Positions 53,094-60,720 of a stretch of DNA of 64,000 nt are shown here, in pieces. The number at the start of each line of letters is the position of its first letter. Within the stretch, counting starts at the first letter, position 1. Both the position numbers and the translations under genes were made by a program. Location of the stretch: NCBI GenBank assembly GCA_963845535.1, contig CAWJSK010000013.1, positions 224,001 to 288,000 of the forward strand, given 5' to 3'. Source of the stretch: an uncultured Spirochaetota bacterium (lineage in GTDB: Bacteria; Spirochaetota; Spirochaetia; SZUA-6; Fen-1364). The notes beneath the pieces were generated by a model. That model was not told the origin of the DNA. It did not search any database and worked only from the letters and a program-made list of their open reading frames with translations.

Positions 53094-53139
53094 GTGGCAT
53101 TCAAGACATTTTTAGGATATTTTTACCCTGCGCGGACGG

Positions 53140-53168
53140 TTGCATAGTTGGCAGAACGTTGACATACT
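53140..53168 (+). promoter_or_regulatory. Divergent promoter giving a leaderless repressor mRNA
   Basis: TTGCAT-N17-CATACT, 6 nt before ATG 53175; no SD sequence. Confidence 0.55.
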
Positions 53169-53174
53169 TCACCT

Positions 53175-53324
53175 ATGGCCGGAGAAATCAGGGTGAGACA
53201 CCTACCTCCTGACTTGCACAGAAGGCTGAAGCTCGCTGCCGTTGAACGCGAGATGGACATGAATGACTTGGCGATTCAGCTTCTTGTTGAAGGTCTGGAC
53301 AGGTTGCAAAAGCCCAAAAAGTAG
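53175..53324 (+). CDS. Arc/FitA-like ribbon-helix-helix repressor (49 aa, absent from the ORF track)
   Basis: MAGEIRVRHLPPDLHRRLKLAAVEREMDMNDLAIQLLVEGLDRLQKPKK. Confidence 0.75.
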   Translation: MAGEIRVRHLPPDLHRRLKLAAVEREMDMNDLAIQLLVEGLDRLQKPKK

Positions 53325-53500
53325 CAAAACAACTTATGCCACCTCGGTACCTCAGCTGTCGCGGGTGGCAAAAGGCAATTAAGACACTTTTCCCTTGCGT
53401 GGCGTGGCAAGGCTGCATGATCGCGAGCCTTGCCGTCTCATTTATCGACCTTTTGCCAAAATGCCTCCAGACGCGCGTGACGGGCCGTGGCGCGATTTTG

Positions 53501-53920
53501 CTATTTTGGGGCGGACTGCCCCTCTTTGGTCAGCGTTCCGGTGTACTTCGCCACGGTCGTGCCCGGCGGTGCGTAGGCTTCGAGGGTGCAGGGATAAACT
53601 CCTGATGCTGCCGGGGGAAAGATTAACAGGTAGGCCCGTACATCATCATCAAGGTCGCGCAACAGGACGCCGATCCATGCTCCGGGTGAAGCAAACAGAG
53701 AATAGCCCATGGGATTTTTCTCAAAAGTGTCCCCTGGAAGATCATTCCAACGCGCGCGTGATGGCCCTCTCTCGGCGAAGATGATCACTCCGTCCTTGTG
53801 CGGGCCTCCGTCAAGGTGAATGTGCCATGTCCCGTACAGGGCTTGCGGGTCGAAAGTCTGAGCGCCTCCGGGAACGCTAATGGATAGACACAAAAGGAGT
53901 GCCATCAGTAATCTTTTCAT
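53501..53920 (-). CDS. Secreted hypothetical protein
   Basis: Signal peptide MKRLLMALLLCLSISVPGGA. Confidence 0.65.
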   Translation of the reverse strand: MKRLLMALLLCLSISVPGGAQTFDPQALYGTWHIHLDGGPHKDGVIIFAERGPSRARWNDLPGDTFEKNPMGYSLFASPGAWIGVLLRDLDDDVRAYLLIFPPAASGVYPCTLEAYAPPGTTVAKYTGTLTKEGQSAPK

Positions 53921-53984
53921 GCTCCCACCTTTCTCTTTACCCCCGCCCTTTTTCATGATCGTTGCTGGCGGGCAGGTGTACGCC

Positions 53985-54371
53985 CTATGGCTTGTAATCT
54001 TTGTTGCCGTAGAACGGAAGCAGGGCTTCACCAATCAAGTATTCTCCGGACTTGTCCCACTCTTCTGGATGCGCGTTGAGGTAATTCCCCACAATAGTCA
54101 GTAGTTGGGCATTTCTAACAGTTCCCGGGATCAAGAACAGCGGTGTCGGAGTCAACGGAAGATTCAAAACTCCTTTAATCGTTCCAATCACAAAGCCGGC
54201 ATAGAGGCCCGCCTTCATGATGTCAGTTCTATCGCTCAGTGTATCGAGTTTCTCATATGCCAACCAGCCATCGTGAAGACTTTGACCGTTGAATGGATCC
54301 ATAGCTTCCTGAGCCGACAGAGGGATAACCAACAGAGCAGATAGCACCGCAATGGTTCCGAGTTTTTTCAT
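53985..54371 (-). CDS. Rap1a/Tai-like secreted immunity-type protein
   Basis: Signal peptide; NGQSL...AGFVIG...IPGTVRNAQLLTIVGNYLNAHPE...LIGEAL pattern. Confidence 0.6.
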   Translation of the reverse strand: MKKLGTIAVLSALLVIPLSAQEAMDPFNGQSLHDGWLAYEKLDTLSDRTDIMKAGLYAGFVIGTIKGVLNLPLTPTPLFLIPGTVRNAQLLTIVGNYLNAHPEEWDKSGEYLIGEALLPFYGNKDYKP

Positions 54372-54676
54372 TTGGTCCCCTTGAATAGCTTGTTGTGATC
54401 GTAAGGCATTATAGCACGCCGTCAAAAATAGCTTCACAATCAATCCGGCCTATTCTCTTCTTGGACGTACTTCTCGCATATCTCGATGAACCGTGCCGCA
54501 GCCTGCGCCCAGGTGTACCGCGTGTGCATCCATTCGCTGGCCTTTTTCCCGTGCTTCAGCCCTATAGGCTAATCGCCAGAACTTTACACGGGAGCCCCCG
54601 GGATGACCGTGGGATTTTTCATGCTCTCTCACCAGCGTTTTGTGTGATAGAGTGAGGTAGGAAAGGGGATTTCAAT

Positions 54677-54982
54677 ATGTCGGTTTTGGTTACAAATCTT
54701 CCGAACACCGGTGACGAGAAGTGCGGTTGCGATTCTTGGATCAGGCATTGGGAGCGCTTCACAGGAAGGGAAGCGCGCCGTTGCGTGGCGAAGGGATGCT
54801 TGAAAGCCGCCGAAAATGGGGCACACGTCAAGGTTGTCGGATATAAGGACGATTCACCTTACATTGTCCCTTTGTGTGATGAGCACAACCAGGACAAGGG
54901 GCAATTTGAGCTTATCGACATACCAACGGGTGGGAAACTGCTCGCACCGGCTAATGAAAGGTCTTTCTGCGCCAAAGATTAG
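54677..54982 (+). CDS. Small Cys/His-rich protein, HNH/His-Me-finger-like
   Basis: CGC.SW..HW, C....C, GAHV, YIVPLCDEHN. Confidence 0.6.
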   Translation: MSVLVTNLPNTGDEKCGCDSWIRHWERFTGREARRCVAKGCLKAAENGAHVKVVGYKDDSPYIVPLCDEHNQDKGQFELIDIPTGGKLLAPANERSFCAKD

Positions 54983-55110
54983 GCGTGCCTCACCGCCGCA
55001 CACTGGCCGTTCCTTGTGCCGTGGATGCGGTCACAGTTGCTTTCGTATTCGCTTGAAAGAAACGCGCCCAAGGGACGGAACCCGGAGCCCTGGACGCGAG
55101 GAGACAGAGG

Positions 55111-55278
55111 TTACTTGTTGATTCGCGGGTCTGACATATAGACCGTGGACCGTGGGATGCGCGCCTGCTCCGCGTTGTAGGTGTCGGCGTAGTGAAGCAT
55201 GTAGCGCTCCATGAGATCGGGCATGTCCATTTCCGCCCGCTGGTTTCTAAATGTTCCGGTGGCTCGGTCGTAGATCAC
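55111..55278 (-). CDS. Small hypothetical protein (55 aa, absent from the ORF track)
   Basis: GTG overlapping the upstream TGA; VIYDRATGTFRNQRAEMDMPDLMERY... Confidence 0.5.
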   Translation of the reverse strand: MIYDRATGTFRNQRAEMDMPDLMERYMLHYADTYNAEQARIPRSTVYMSDPRINK

Positions 55279-55601
55279 GCCGCGCTCTCTGGACCATCTG
55301 CTGCCGTGCGTAGGGAAGGGTACTCACGGAGCAATTCTTTCCGTGCCACACCCTTTGCGTTCTTGGTTGCGTGCTTCTGCGCGATCACGCCGGCCAGTCC
55401 CGGCAATTCCTCCCGCTCCGCTTGGTCAAATGAGAATCCATAGCCCATCTCGCGGGCTCGTTTTCCATACTTCTCAAGCGCCGCTCGGTGCGCTGGGGGC
55501 AATTCTCGACGGGCTTGCTCTACCTGGGAGCCTGTATCCTGCGCGGCCTGTTCTGCCGTTGCTTCTTCTTCCTCCTGGTCCAGTTCTTCGATATCTACCA
55601 T
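55275..55601 (-). CDS. Acidic helical hypothetical protein with LLREYPSL motif
   Basis: AAGGA RBS before ATG 55601. Confidence 0.65.
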   Translation of the reverse strand: MVDIEELDQEEEEATAEQAAQDTGSQVEQARRELPPAHRAALEKYGKRAREMGYGFSFDQAEREELPGLAGVIAQKHATKNAKGVARKELLREYPSLRTAADGPESAA

Positions 55602-55758
55602 GTTGCTTTTCCTTGTATCTTGGCCAGCGTCCCCGCGTTGTGTCCCGCTCTCGGCGCATGCTCTACCCTCTCCCCTGGCCGTGGCCACGGCCGGGAACAG
55701 GTTCAAGAGGATTCGCTCTGAATGGTTAGGCGCGGGAACGCGCCAGGTGTGTTAGTCG

Positions 55759-56133
55759 TTAGGCCGGGAATTCCGGGGGGTCAGAGCCGATGCTCTTATC
55801 CTTGGTGGGACTGCCCCGCATCGTTGGATAGCTGCGGAGCCTTTCGTTACGCTCTGCGCGTAGCCGCGCCGCTCGCGCCTCCCTTGCGGGTGCCTCCCTG
55901 CGAGCTTGCAAGTCATCGGCTGCCTGCTGGATGGGATAGTCGTCACGCAGTTCGCGGGTGTCAACCAAGTAGTTGTCAAGCTCGCGCTGCACTCCGCGTG
56001 CGTCGCGTCTCCGATTCTCCGCGCGCTCCTTGTCTCCGGCGGCCTCAAGTCCAGCCGCTTCCTTTTGGAGCGCTTCAACCTTGCCAGTCAGCTTGTCAAC
56101 GATGCCCTGGTCCCTTGGCTGTAGTGCACTCAT
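55759..56133 (-). CDS. Coiled-coil hypothetical protein with two YP motifs
   Basis: GGAAGG RBS, ATGA overlap; LRDDYPI and LRSYPTM. Confidence 0.7.
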   Translation of the reverse strand: MSALQPRDQGIVDKLTGKVEALQKEAAGLEAAGDKERAENRRRDARGVQRELDNYLVDTRELRDDYPIQQAADDLQARREAPAREARAARLRAERNERLRSYPTMRGSPTKDKSIGSDPPEFPA

Positions 56134-56288
56134 TTGACCTTCCTTTCGTTGCGTGCCCGCTCCTCTTCGGCAACGCTCGGGTATTCCTTCAAGAGCGCCG
56201 CCCTCTCCGGAGAGGTTTCCCGATCAGCCGGGGAGCCGAATTGCCCTTCAAACATTGTGCCTGTTAGGCTTTTTGCCGACTCGCTCAA
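56130..56288 (-). CDS. Small protein with LLKEYPSV motif (52 aa, absent from the ORF track)
   Basis: TTGA start/stop overlap upstream, ATGA overlap downstream. Confidence 0.5.
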   Translation of the reverse strand: MSESAKSLTGTMFEGQFGSPADRETSPERAALLKEYPSVAEEERARNERKVK

Positions 56289-56428
56289 GCCAACGCTTCT
56301 TTCTTGCCAAGCTCCTCATTCAAGCGTAGGACGCCGAGATCGGTTTCGGACACCGGCTTGCCGTCTATCATGTTCTGCAAGGTTGCCATAGCGCCGACCT
56401 TGATTAGCTCTCTCTCTGCCTGCATCAT
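56285..56428 (-). CDS. Small hypothetical protein (47 aa, absent from the ORF track)
   Basis: ATGA overlap; MMQAERELIKVGAMATLQNMIDGKPVSETDLGVLRLNEELGKKEALA. Confidence 0.5.
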   Translation of the reverse strand: MMQAERELIKVGAMATLQNMIDGKPVSETDLGVLRLNEELGKKEALA

Positions 56429-56613
56429 GCGTTCCCCCTGCGCTTCGCGCCGTCCGGTTCCTGCGTGTCCTTGGTCGTCGTCCGAGGGTGCTTATGTCGC
56501 TCGTCCACGATCCGGTCACGGTCGTGAAGTATGTTCACGTCCAAATCACCGCCCGCTTTCCTTCCTCTGGGTGTGCCGCCCCCTGTAGGGGTGCCTGCCG
56601 TGGTAACCGCCAT
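56425..56613 (-). CDS. Small hydrophilic protein
   Basis: Tightly packed in the operon, 62 aa. Confidence 0.5.
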   Translation of the reverse strand: MAVTTAGTPTGGGTPRGRKAGGDLDVNILHDRDRIVDERHKHPRTTTKDTQEPDGAKRRGNA

Positions 56614-56614
56614 G

Positions 56615-56749
56615 CTATCGCCTGCCTTTTCTTGAGGCGTTGGCCGTCCTCACGCCTGCCTTGATCCCCTTCGGACGCTTCCGACCGCTGGGGGCTCTGT
56701 CCTTGTACTTGATTGCCGCGATCTGCGCCGGCGTAAGATTTTTTCCCAT
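56615..56749 (-). CDS. Small, highly basic peptide (44 aa)
   Basis: AGGAG RBS before ATG 56749; Lys/Arg-rich. Confidence 0.55.
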   Translation of the reverse strand: MGKNLTPAQIAAIKYKDRAPSGRKRPKGIKAGVRTANASRKGRR

Positions 56750-56869
56750 ATCTGTAGTCTCCTGAAATGAAAACACGCCAAGCCGCGAGCACACGGCCCG
56801 CGTTCCCTTGGTCGTTTTTGATGCCATGAAAATTTCTGTTCAAAGGGTATTTTCGCTCCGGCCCAAATC

Positions 56870-57520
56870 CTAACCCTTCAACCTGGCAATCAGCGCCGCC
56901 CGTGCCTCCGGGAAATCTTCTTCCGACAAAACCTCCCAAACCGTGGGAAGCGAATCGATTACCTGTTGTTGAATGTTCACCTGTACGGCCGTGCCTATGC
57001 TTGGCTTGATCTCCCCGGTAAGGCCCCCGAGTATCTTTAGCTGTGATTCGAGCCTTTCCAGGCTCTTGAGCACCAGCTCTCTCGGATCGGCAACTCTATA
57101 CCGGCTCCCTATGACGTGTTTTCCTGTCTTGTCCAGGAGTTGGGAAAGCATCGCGCGTTTCATCACGGACTTGAATCCGTCAGCCGCCGGGACTTTCTCC
57201 TCGTAGATCACTTCTATGTCTCGATCCCGTGGGCCAAGGTCGTATTCGTCGGGGTTGTCGGGGTCACGGAGAAACCTATCGCATGCCCGCCAGAGCGTTT
57301 CCGCTCGCTGGATATAGCGTTTAATATCCTGCAATGCGGAGGTGGTTACTTCCTCCTTACGTTCTGAAATAAGTGCGCTTATGTGCGCCTTGTGCTTTTG
57401 TACCGCTGTGGGTTTGAGCCCGAACCTCTCCGCAATATCCCTCACAGGCTCCCCCTTCATCAGGGCTTTGTTTAGCTCCTTCGCCTGCTTATGACGGCAG
57501 GCGGTACATGTGCGTGCCAT
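56870..57520 (-). CDS. Terminase small subunit-like protein (Zn + HTH N-terminus)
   Basis: CTACRH...VRDIAERFGL..TAVQKHKAH, helical middle, QVNIQ C-terminal strand; follows rep. Confidence 0.6.
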   Translation of the reverse strand: MARTCTACRHKQAKELNKALMKGEPVRDIAERFGLKPTAVQKHKAHISALISERKEEVTTSALQDIKRYIQRAETLWRACDRFLRDPDNPDEYDLGPRDRDIEVIYEEKVPAADGFKSVMKRAMLSQLLDKTGKHVIGSRYRVADPRELVLKSLERLESQLKILGGLTGEIKPSIGTAVQVNIQQQVIDSLPTVWEVLSEEDFPEARAALIARLKG

Positions 57521-57700
57521 CTACGCCGCCCCCTCCGCTACTGCTGCCAGGAATACGTCCCCGGGCTTGGGGATTGCGCTTCGGTCCCGCAACCGCTCGC
57601 GTCCGCATCCGCTCCCTTTCCAGAAGGCGCACAGCTCCCGCAAACACTTCTTTTCACACCCTCGGTCCGGCAGTAGCGGTGCCCGCCATCGTTTTTTCAT
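57521..57700 (-). CDS. Small Cys-rich protein (59 aa, absent from the ORF track)
   Basis: GGAGG RBS, ATGA overlap; CEKKCLRELCAFWKGSGC. Confidence 0.55.
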   Translation of the reverse strand: MKKRWRAPLLPDRGCEKKCLRELCAFWKGSGCGRERLRDRSAIPKPGDVFLAAVAEGAA

Positions 57701-57909
57701 GCTGGTACGTCCTCCCTTTCCGCTTCAAAGCGGGTAATCTGCTCCTCCGCGCCGAGTGGATCCCGGTCCTCGGGGAGTTTCTTGCCTTTGCCTGGTGCCA
57801 AGGGAGCGCCGTCGTGCTTGTGAGCCCGCCAGCCGACCTCCCATGCCGTAAAGTCATCAACCATCCAGGCAGGGGGCACAAAGCCCGCGCCCGGATCTTC
57901 CAGGTGCAT
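57697..57909 (-). CDS. Small hypothetical protein
   Basis: AGGAGG RBS before ATG 57909. Confidence 0.6.
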   Translation of the reverse strand: MHLEDPGAGFVPPAWMVDDFTAWEVGWRAHKHDGAPLAPGKGKKLPEDRDPLGAEEQITRFEAEREDVPA

Positions 57910-58014
57910 GATCCCTCCTGCGGCCTTCTGGCCGCCCGATCTTGTGAAATCGTGCTCTGTGGTGAGAGCAAGGCAGCGTCCGCGCGGGAGCTGCCGTATG
58001 ATTGGACGGCCGCG

Positions 58015-58917
58015 TTAGGCCGCTGTAGCCGTCTTGGCCGCTTTCAAGTGTTCGAGGGCCGCCCTTGCGAACGGGTTGCCCTGCGCTGCCTGTTCTTCGA
58101 GAGGGATAGCAGGGGGCCGCGTGTCAGGCTCGGGAGGCCGTGGAGTTGGCGCCTCCGCCCTGCTCGTAACCTTCTTCGCCTTCGGTTTGTAGTGCGTCGC
58201 ATAGTCAGCGCCGAACCACTGAGCTTTCGACGGCCGCTCTTTAAGCATGACTCCCCAGGCTGCGACGATGGTTTCGACGTCCTCGCCTTTCAAGAGGAGC
58301 GCTTCGGCCTGCGCGAAGTGGGGTGACTCTGCACCGGTGAGTCTTTGTAACCTGGCGTGGAGGTTTCCTTTCTCACCATGCGGAGCTGAGGGGGGTTCTT
58401 CCCCCTTCTTTTTTTCTTCAAGCATCTTTTCTTCTTCAAGCACTTGTTGTCTGGCACCGCTGGTGTGGTCCACCGCTGGACGGTCTTTCACTCCAGCGGT
58501 CGATTCTCCCATATTTGCCGCTGGTGTGGTTTTCACCCCAACGGTTCCGGGATTCGAGACAAGGTTGAGTTTGGTGTAATGCTTCGCCATCTTCCCGGAC
58601 GACTCTCTCCGTTGGATGTACTCGATGAGGCCCATTTCGTGCAGGAGGGCCTTGGCATCTTTCACGCGATCCATTCCCATATGCAGGCCGCTGGTCAGAT
58701 AGCCGTTGGTAGCCCAGGGCTGGTTGGTTCCCTGGCGGCGATAGGTGAGAAGCAATTTGAGATAGACGAGCGCCGCATCCTGCCCCGGCTTTTCCTTTGC
58801 GAGAAAAGCCTCGAACAGACCGGCCGACATTGGCAGACTGTCCTGACGGTAGTCAACCTGAAGCTGTTCGGTTTCTTCTTCGGCGAGCTGAGGGCCGTCG
58901 CCTTGTTTGTTGTCCAT
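58015..58917 (-). CDS. Phage-type replication initiator (N-terminal winged helix, internal iterons)
   Basis: AALVYLKL...ATNGYL..GLHMG.DRVK.AK..L.EMGLIE; internal repeats and A/G tract; GGAG RBS at ATG 58917. Confidence 0.7.
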   Translation of the reverse strand: MDNKQGDGPQLAEEETEQLQVDYRQDSLPMSAGLFEAFLAKEKPGQDAALVYLKLLLTYRRQGTNQPWATNGYLTSGLHMGMDRVKDAKALLHEMGLIEYIQRRESSGKMAKHYTKLNLVSNPGTVGVKTTPAANMGESTAGVKDRPAVDHTSGARQQVLEEEKMLEEKKKGEEPPSAPHGEKGNLHARLQRLTGAESPHFAQAEALLLKGEDVETIVAAWGVMLKERPSKAQWFGADYATHYKPKAKKVTSRAEAPTPRPPEPDTRPPAIPLEEQAAQGNPFARAALEHLKAAKTATAA

Positions 58918-58951
58918 GTTCTCTCCCTGGGTTTTCCTCCTCACCAAGGGC

Positions 58952-59155
58952 TTATTGTTCAGTCGCCTCGGCTGACGAAAGCACGGGTTCAATTTCGCGC
59001 TCACGGAGCCATTCCTGTAGCTGCTGCTCGCTGTACCTGTTGCTGGCACCCAGCTTGTAGTGGCGTAGCCTTCCGCCCGCTGTCTCTGTGTAGACAAAGC
59101 TTGTGGACACTTTAAGAAATGCCGCCGCTTCTCCGACGGTCATCAACTCGGCCAT
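58952..59155 (-). CDS. Excisionase/AlpA-like HTH protein
   Basis: LMTVGEAAAFLKVSTSFVY...GRL..YKLG...RY...L.EW; GGAGG RBS. Confidence 0.88.
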   Translation of the reverse strand: MAELMTVGEAAAFLKVSTSFVYTETAGGRLRHYKLGASNRYSEQQLQEWLREREIEPVLSSAEATEQ

Positions 59156-59174
59156 GTGGCCTCCATTCTTGGGA

Positions 59175-59203
59175 TTGACTTGCGGGGGGATCGCGGTTAT
59201 CGT
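59175..59203 (+). promoter_or_regulatory. Antisense promoter in the xis leader
   Basis: TTGACT-N17-TATCGT. Confidence 0.5.
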
Positions 59204-59242
59204 TTGGGTGTTGATAGTGGCGAACCCCGCAAGGAAGCCCTG

Positions 59243-59280
59243 AGCCCTCGATGCCGTTACAGCGGCCGCGAGGGTTTTTT
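59243..59280 (+). terminator. Intrinsic terminator on the + strand
   Basis: AGCCCTCG...CGAGGGTT stem followed by a T run. Confidence 0.65.
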
Positions 59281-59311
59281 GTTGTCCTGGCTACGCCAGG
59301 GTTTGAGCATT

Positions 59312-59346
59312 AAAAAAAGCCCGGTCTAACGGGCTTCTCTTTCTTT
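59312..59346. terminator. Bidirectional intrinsic terminator
   Basis: A7-GCCCG-GTCTAA-CGGGC-TTCTCTTTCTTT. Confidence 0.7.
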
Positions 59347-59361
59347 GTTGGCTACTATTTT

Positions 59362-59568
59362 TTAGGCGGCCTGATCGTGAGCGCGCCGGCTCTTGACCGC
59401 GATCTCTTTGTAAAGCTCTGGAGTGCCGAGCCGCTGCCGCGTCGATTCCAGGCAATCCTGCAACGCGACCCGCGCCAATTGTGAGGCCGAGATCGAAAGC
59501 TCATCTGCGATTAAGAACAACTCAGCCTTGATCCTATGACCAAGCTTCAAACCGAGATACTCGTCCAT
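59362..59568 (-). CDS. Ribbon-helix-helix-like DNA-binding protein
   Basis: YLGLKL strand then helices (IKAELFLIADEL, SQLARVAL); AGGAGG RBS. Confidence 0.65.
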   Translation of the reverse strand: MDEYLGLKLGHRIKAELFLIADELSISASQLARVALQDCLESTRQRLGTPELYKEIAVKSRRAHDQAA

Positions 59569-59613
59569 ATGGCGCCTCCTTTTGAGCGTGTTGGATTTGG
59601 TTAAACCTGAAAA

Positions 59614-60612
59614 CTAAAAAAGGGACGTGAAGATAGAGGAAGGAACATTAACCGCGTTTGCAGTCATCTGCTCATAGAGCGAGTTCCAGTTAATTCGCGA
59701 GGAAAAGACATGTCTGGCTCGGAGCTTCCCCTTGTGCATGAATTGGAAGGGGATTGGCGGCCCGTCGTCCTTTCGGTCTGAGTCGCCGTCGTTTGCAAAG
59801 CGTCTTAGCTCTTGAACGAGGGGGGCGAGTCGTTTCGCACGGAACACCCTCGCAATATCATAGTTTTCGAGACCCAACCTCCGCGCGATTTCTGCAAAGT
59901 CTTTTGGGCCCCCCGGCCTACTGAGGAGTACAGGGTTCGCCTCGGGGGGAGCATCGGGTGGCGTGTTGTCGATCACAAGCTCATAGTCCTGCTCAAATAC
60001 GTCGAGAAAGGCCATGAACACGCGGAACTCAATCCCGTCAGGATCGATGCTCTTCCTGGCAATAGCCTTAGTCAGTATCTCCACACCATAGGCTGATATT
60101 TTTGCACCGTCTTTGCGACGGAGGCCTCGCCAGAGGTAGTCGTCCTGCGGAATCTTGTCGTGGAGGGTGCGGACTTCTCCGTCGTCGTCTTCTTTCTGAT
60201 CTTCCAACCTCGCGTCGAGGCTGAGGAATCGGCTGAGTTTGCTTTGTCCATACCTGCTCGTGCGTCTACGGCCGAACTTCTTGTATTCGTTCTGAATCTC
60301 TTGAAGCCCAATTCGTAGGACCTCAGAAAACGGAGTGTCGAGCGGAAGGCCCTCTATCCTTTTCAGCGCGGCAACGAGTAACTCGTCCCGGATATTCGCA
60401 TCGTAGAACGGTCTTCGACGGGATTTGATTCGAGCCATATGGAGAAGAGCCGGGAGAATCTCGGACCACTCCGCGAGAGTGAGCCGCCCTCCTACTGGTG
60501 TAGTCCCGCTTTTTGGCGGAAGTTTGCAAAGATTTCTGTAAGAACTTTCTTCGGGTGCGCGTCGATGTAACGCGTACCCCTCGTCTGTGATCCCCTGGTC
60601 AGTCCACTTCAA
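59614..60612 (-). CDS. Divergent sigma-70-like protein (tentative)
   Basis: SLDARLED...RTLHDKIP resembles region 3.2; DFAEIARRLGL HTH resembles region 4. Confidence 0.5.
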   Translation of the reverse strand: MKWTDQGITDEGYALHRRAPEESSYRNLCKLPPKSGTTPVGGRLTLAEWSEILPALLHMARIKSRRRPFYDANIRDELLVAALKRIEGLPLDTPFSEVLRIGLQEIQNEYKKFGRRRTSRYGQSKLSRFLSLDARLEDQKEDDDGEVRTLHDKIPQDDYLWRGLRRKDGAKISAYGVEILTKAIARKSIDPDGIEFRVFMAFLDVFEQDYELVIDNTPPDAPPEANPVLLSRPGGPKDFAEIARRLGLENYDIARVFRAKRLAPLVQELRRFANDGDSDRKDDGPPIPFQFMHKGKLRARHVFSSRINWNSLYEQMTANAVNVPSSIFTSLF

Positions 60613-60654
60613 TCTGTTTTGCCCCTCTCATCGGGCAGTCTCAGCTTTGAAAAA

Positions 60655-60712
60655 GACGGACGAAACGCGGCTGAGATGTCCGCGCTTGTCGGGAGCTACC
60701 CTATCGTCCGTC
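60655..60712 (-). ncRNA. Putative three-way-junction RNA, copy B (downstream of the integrase)
   Basis: Outer stem GACGGACGA/TCGTCCGTC enclosing two hairpins, followed by T5. Confidence 0.55.
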
Positions 60713-60720
60713 AACTTCGC

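Noticed and set aside
54450..54632. 60-aa minus-strand ORF inside the island
   Set aside because: No clear RBS or motif; cannot be supported, though not excluded
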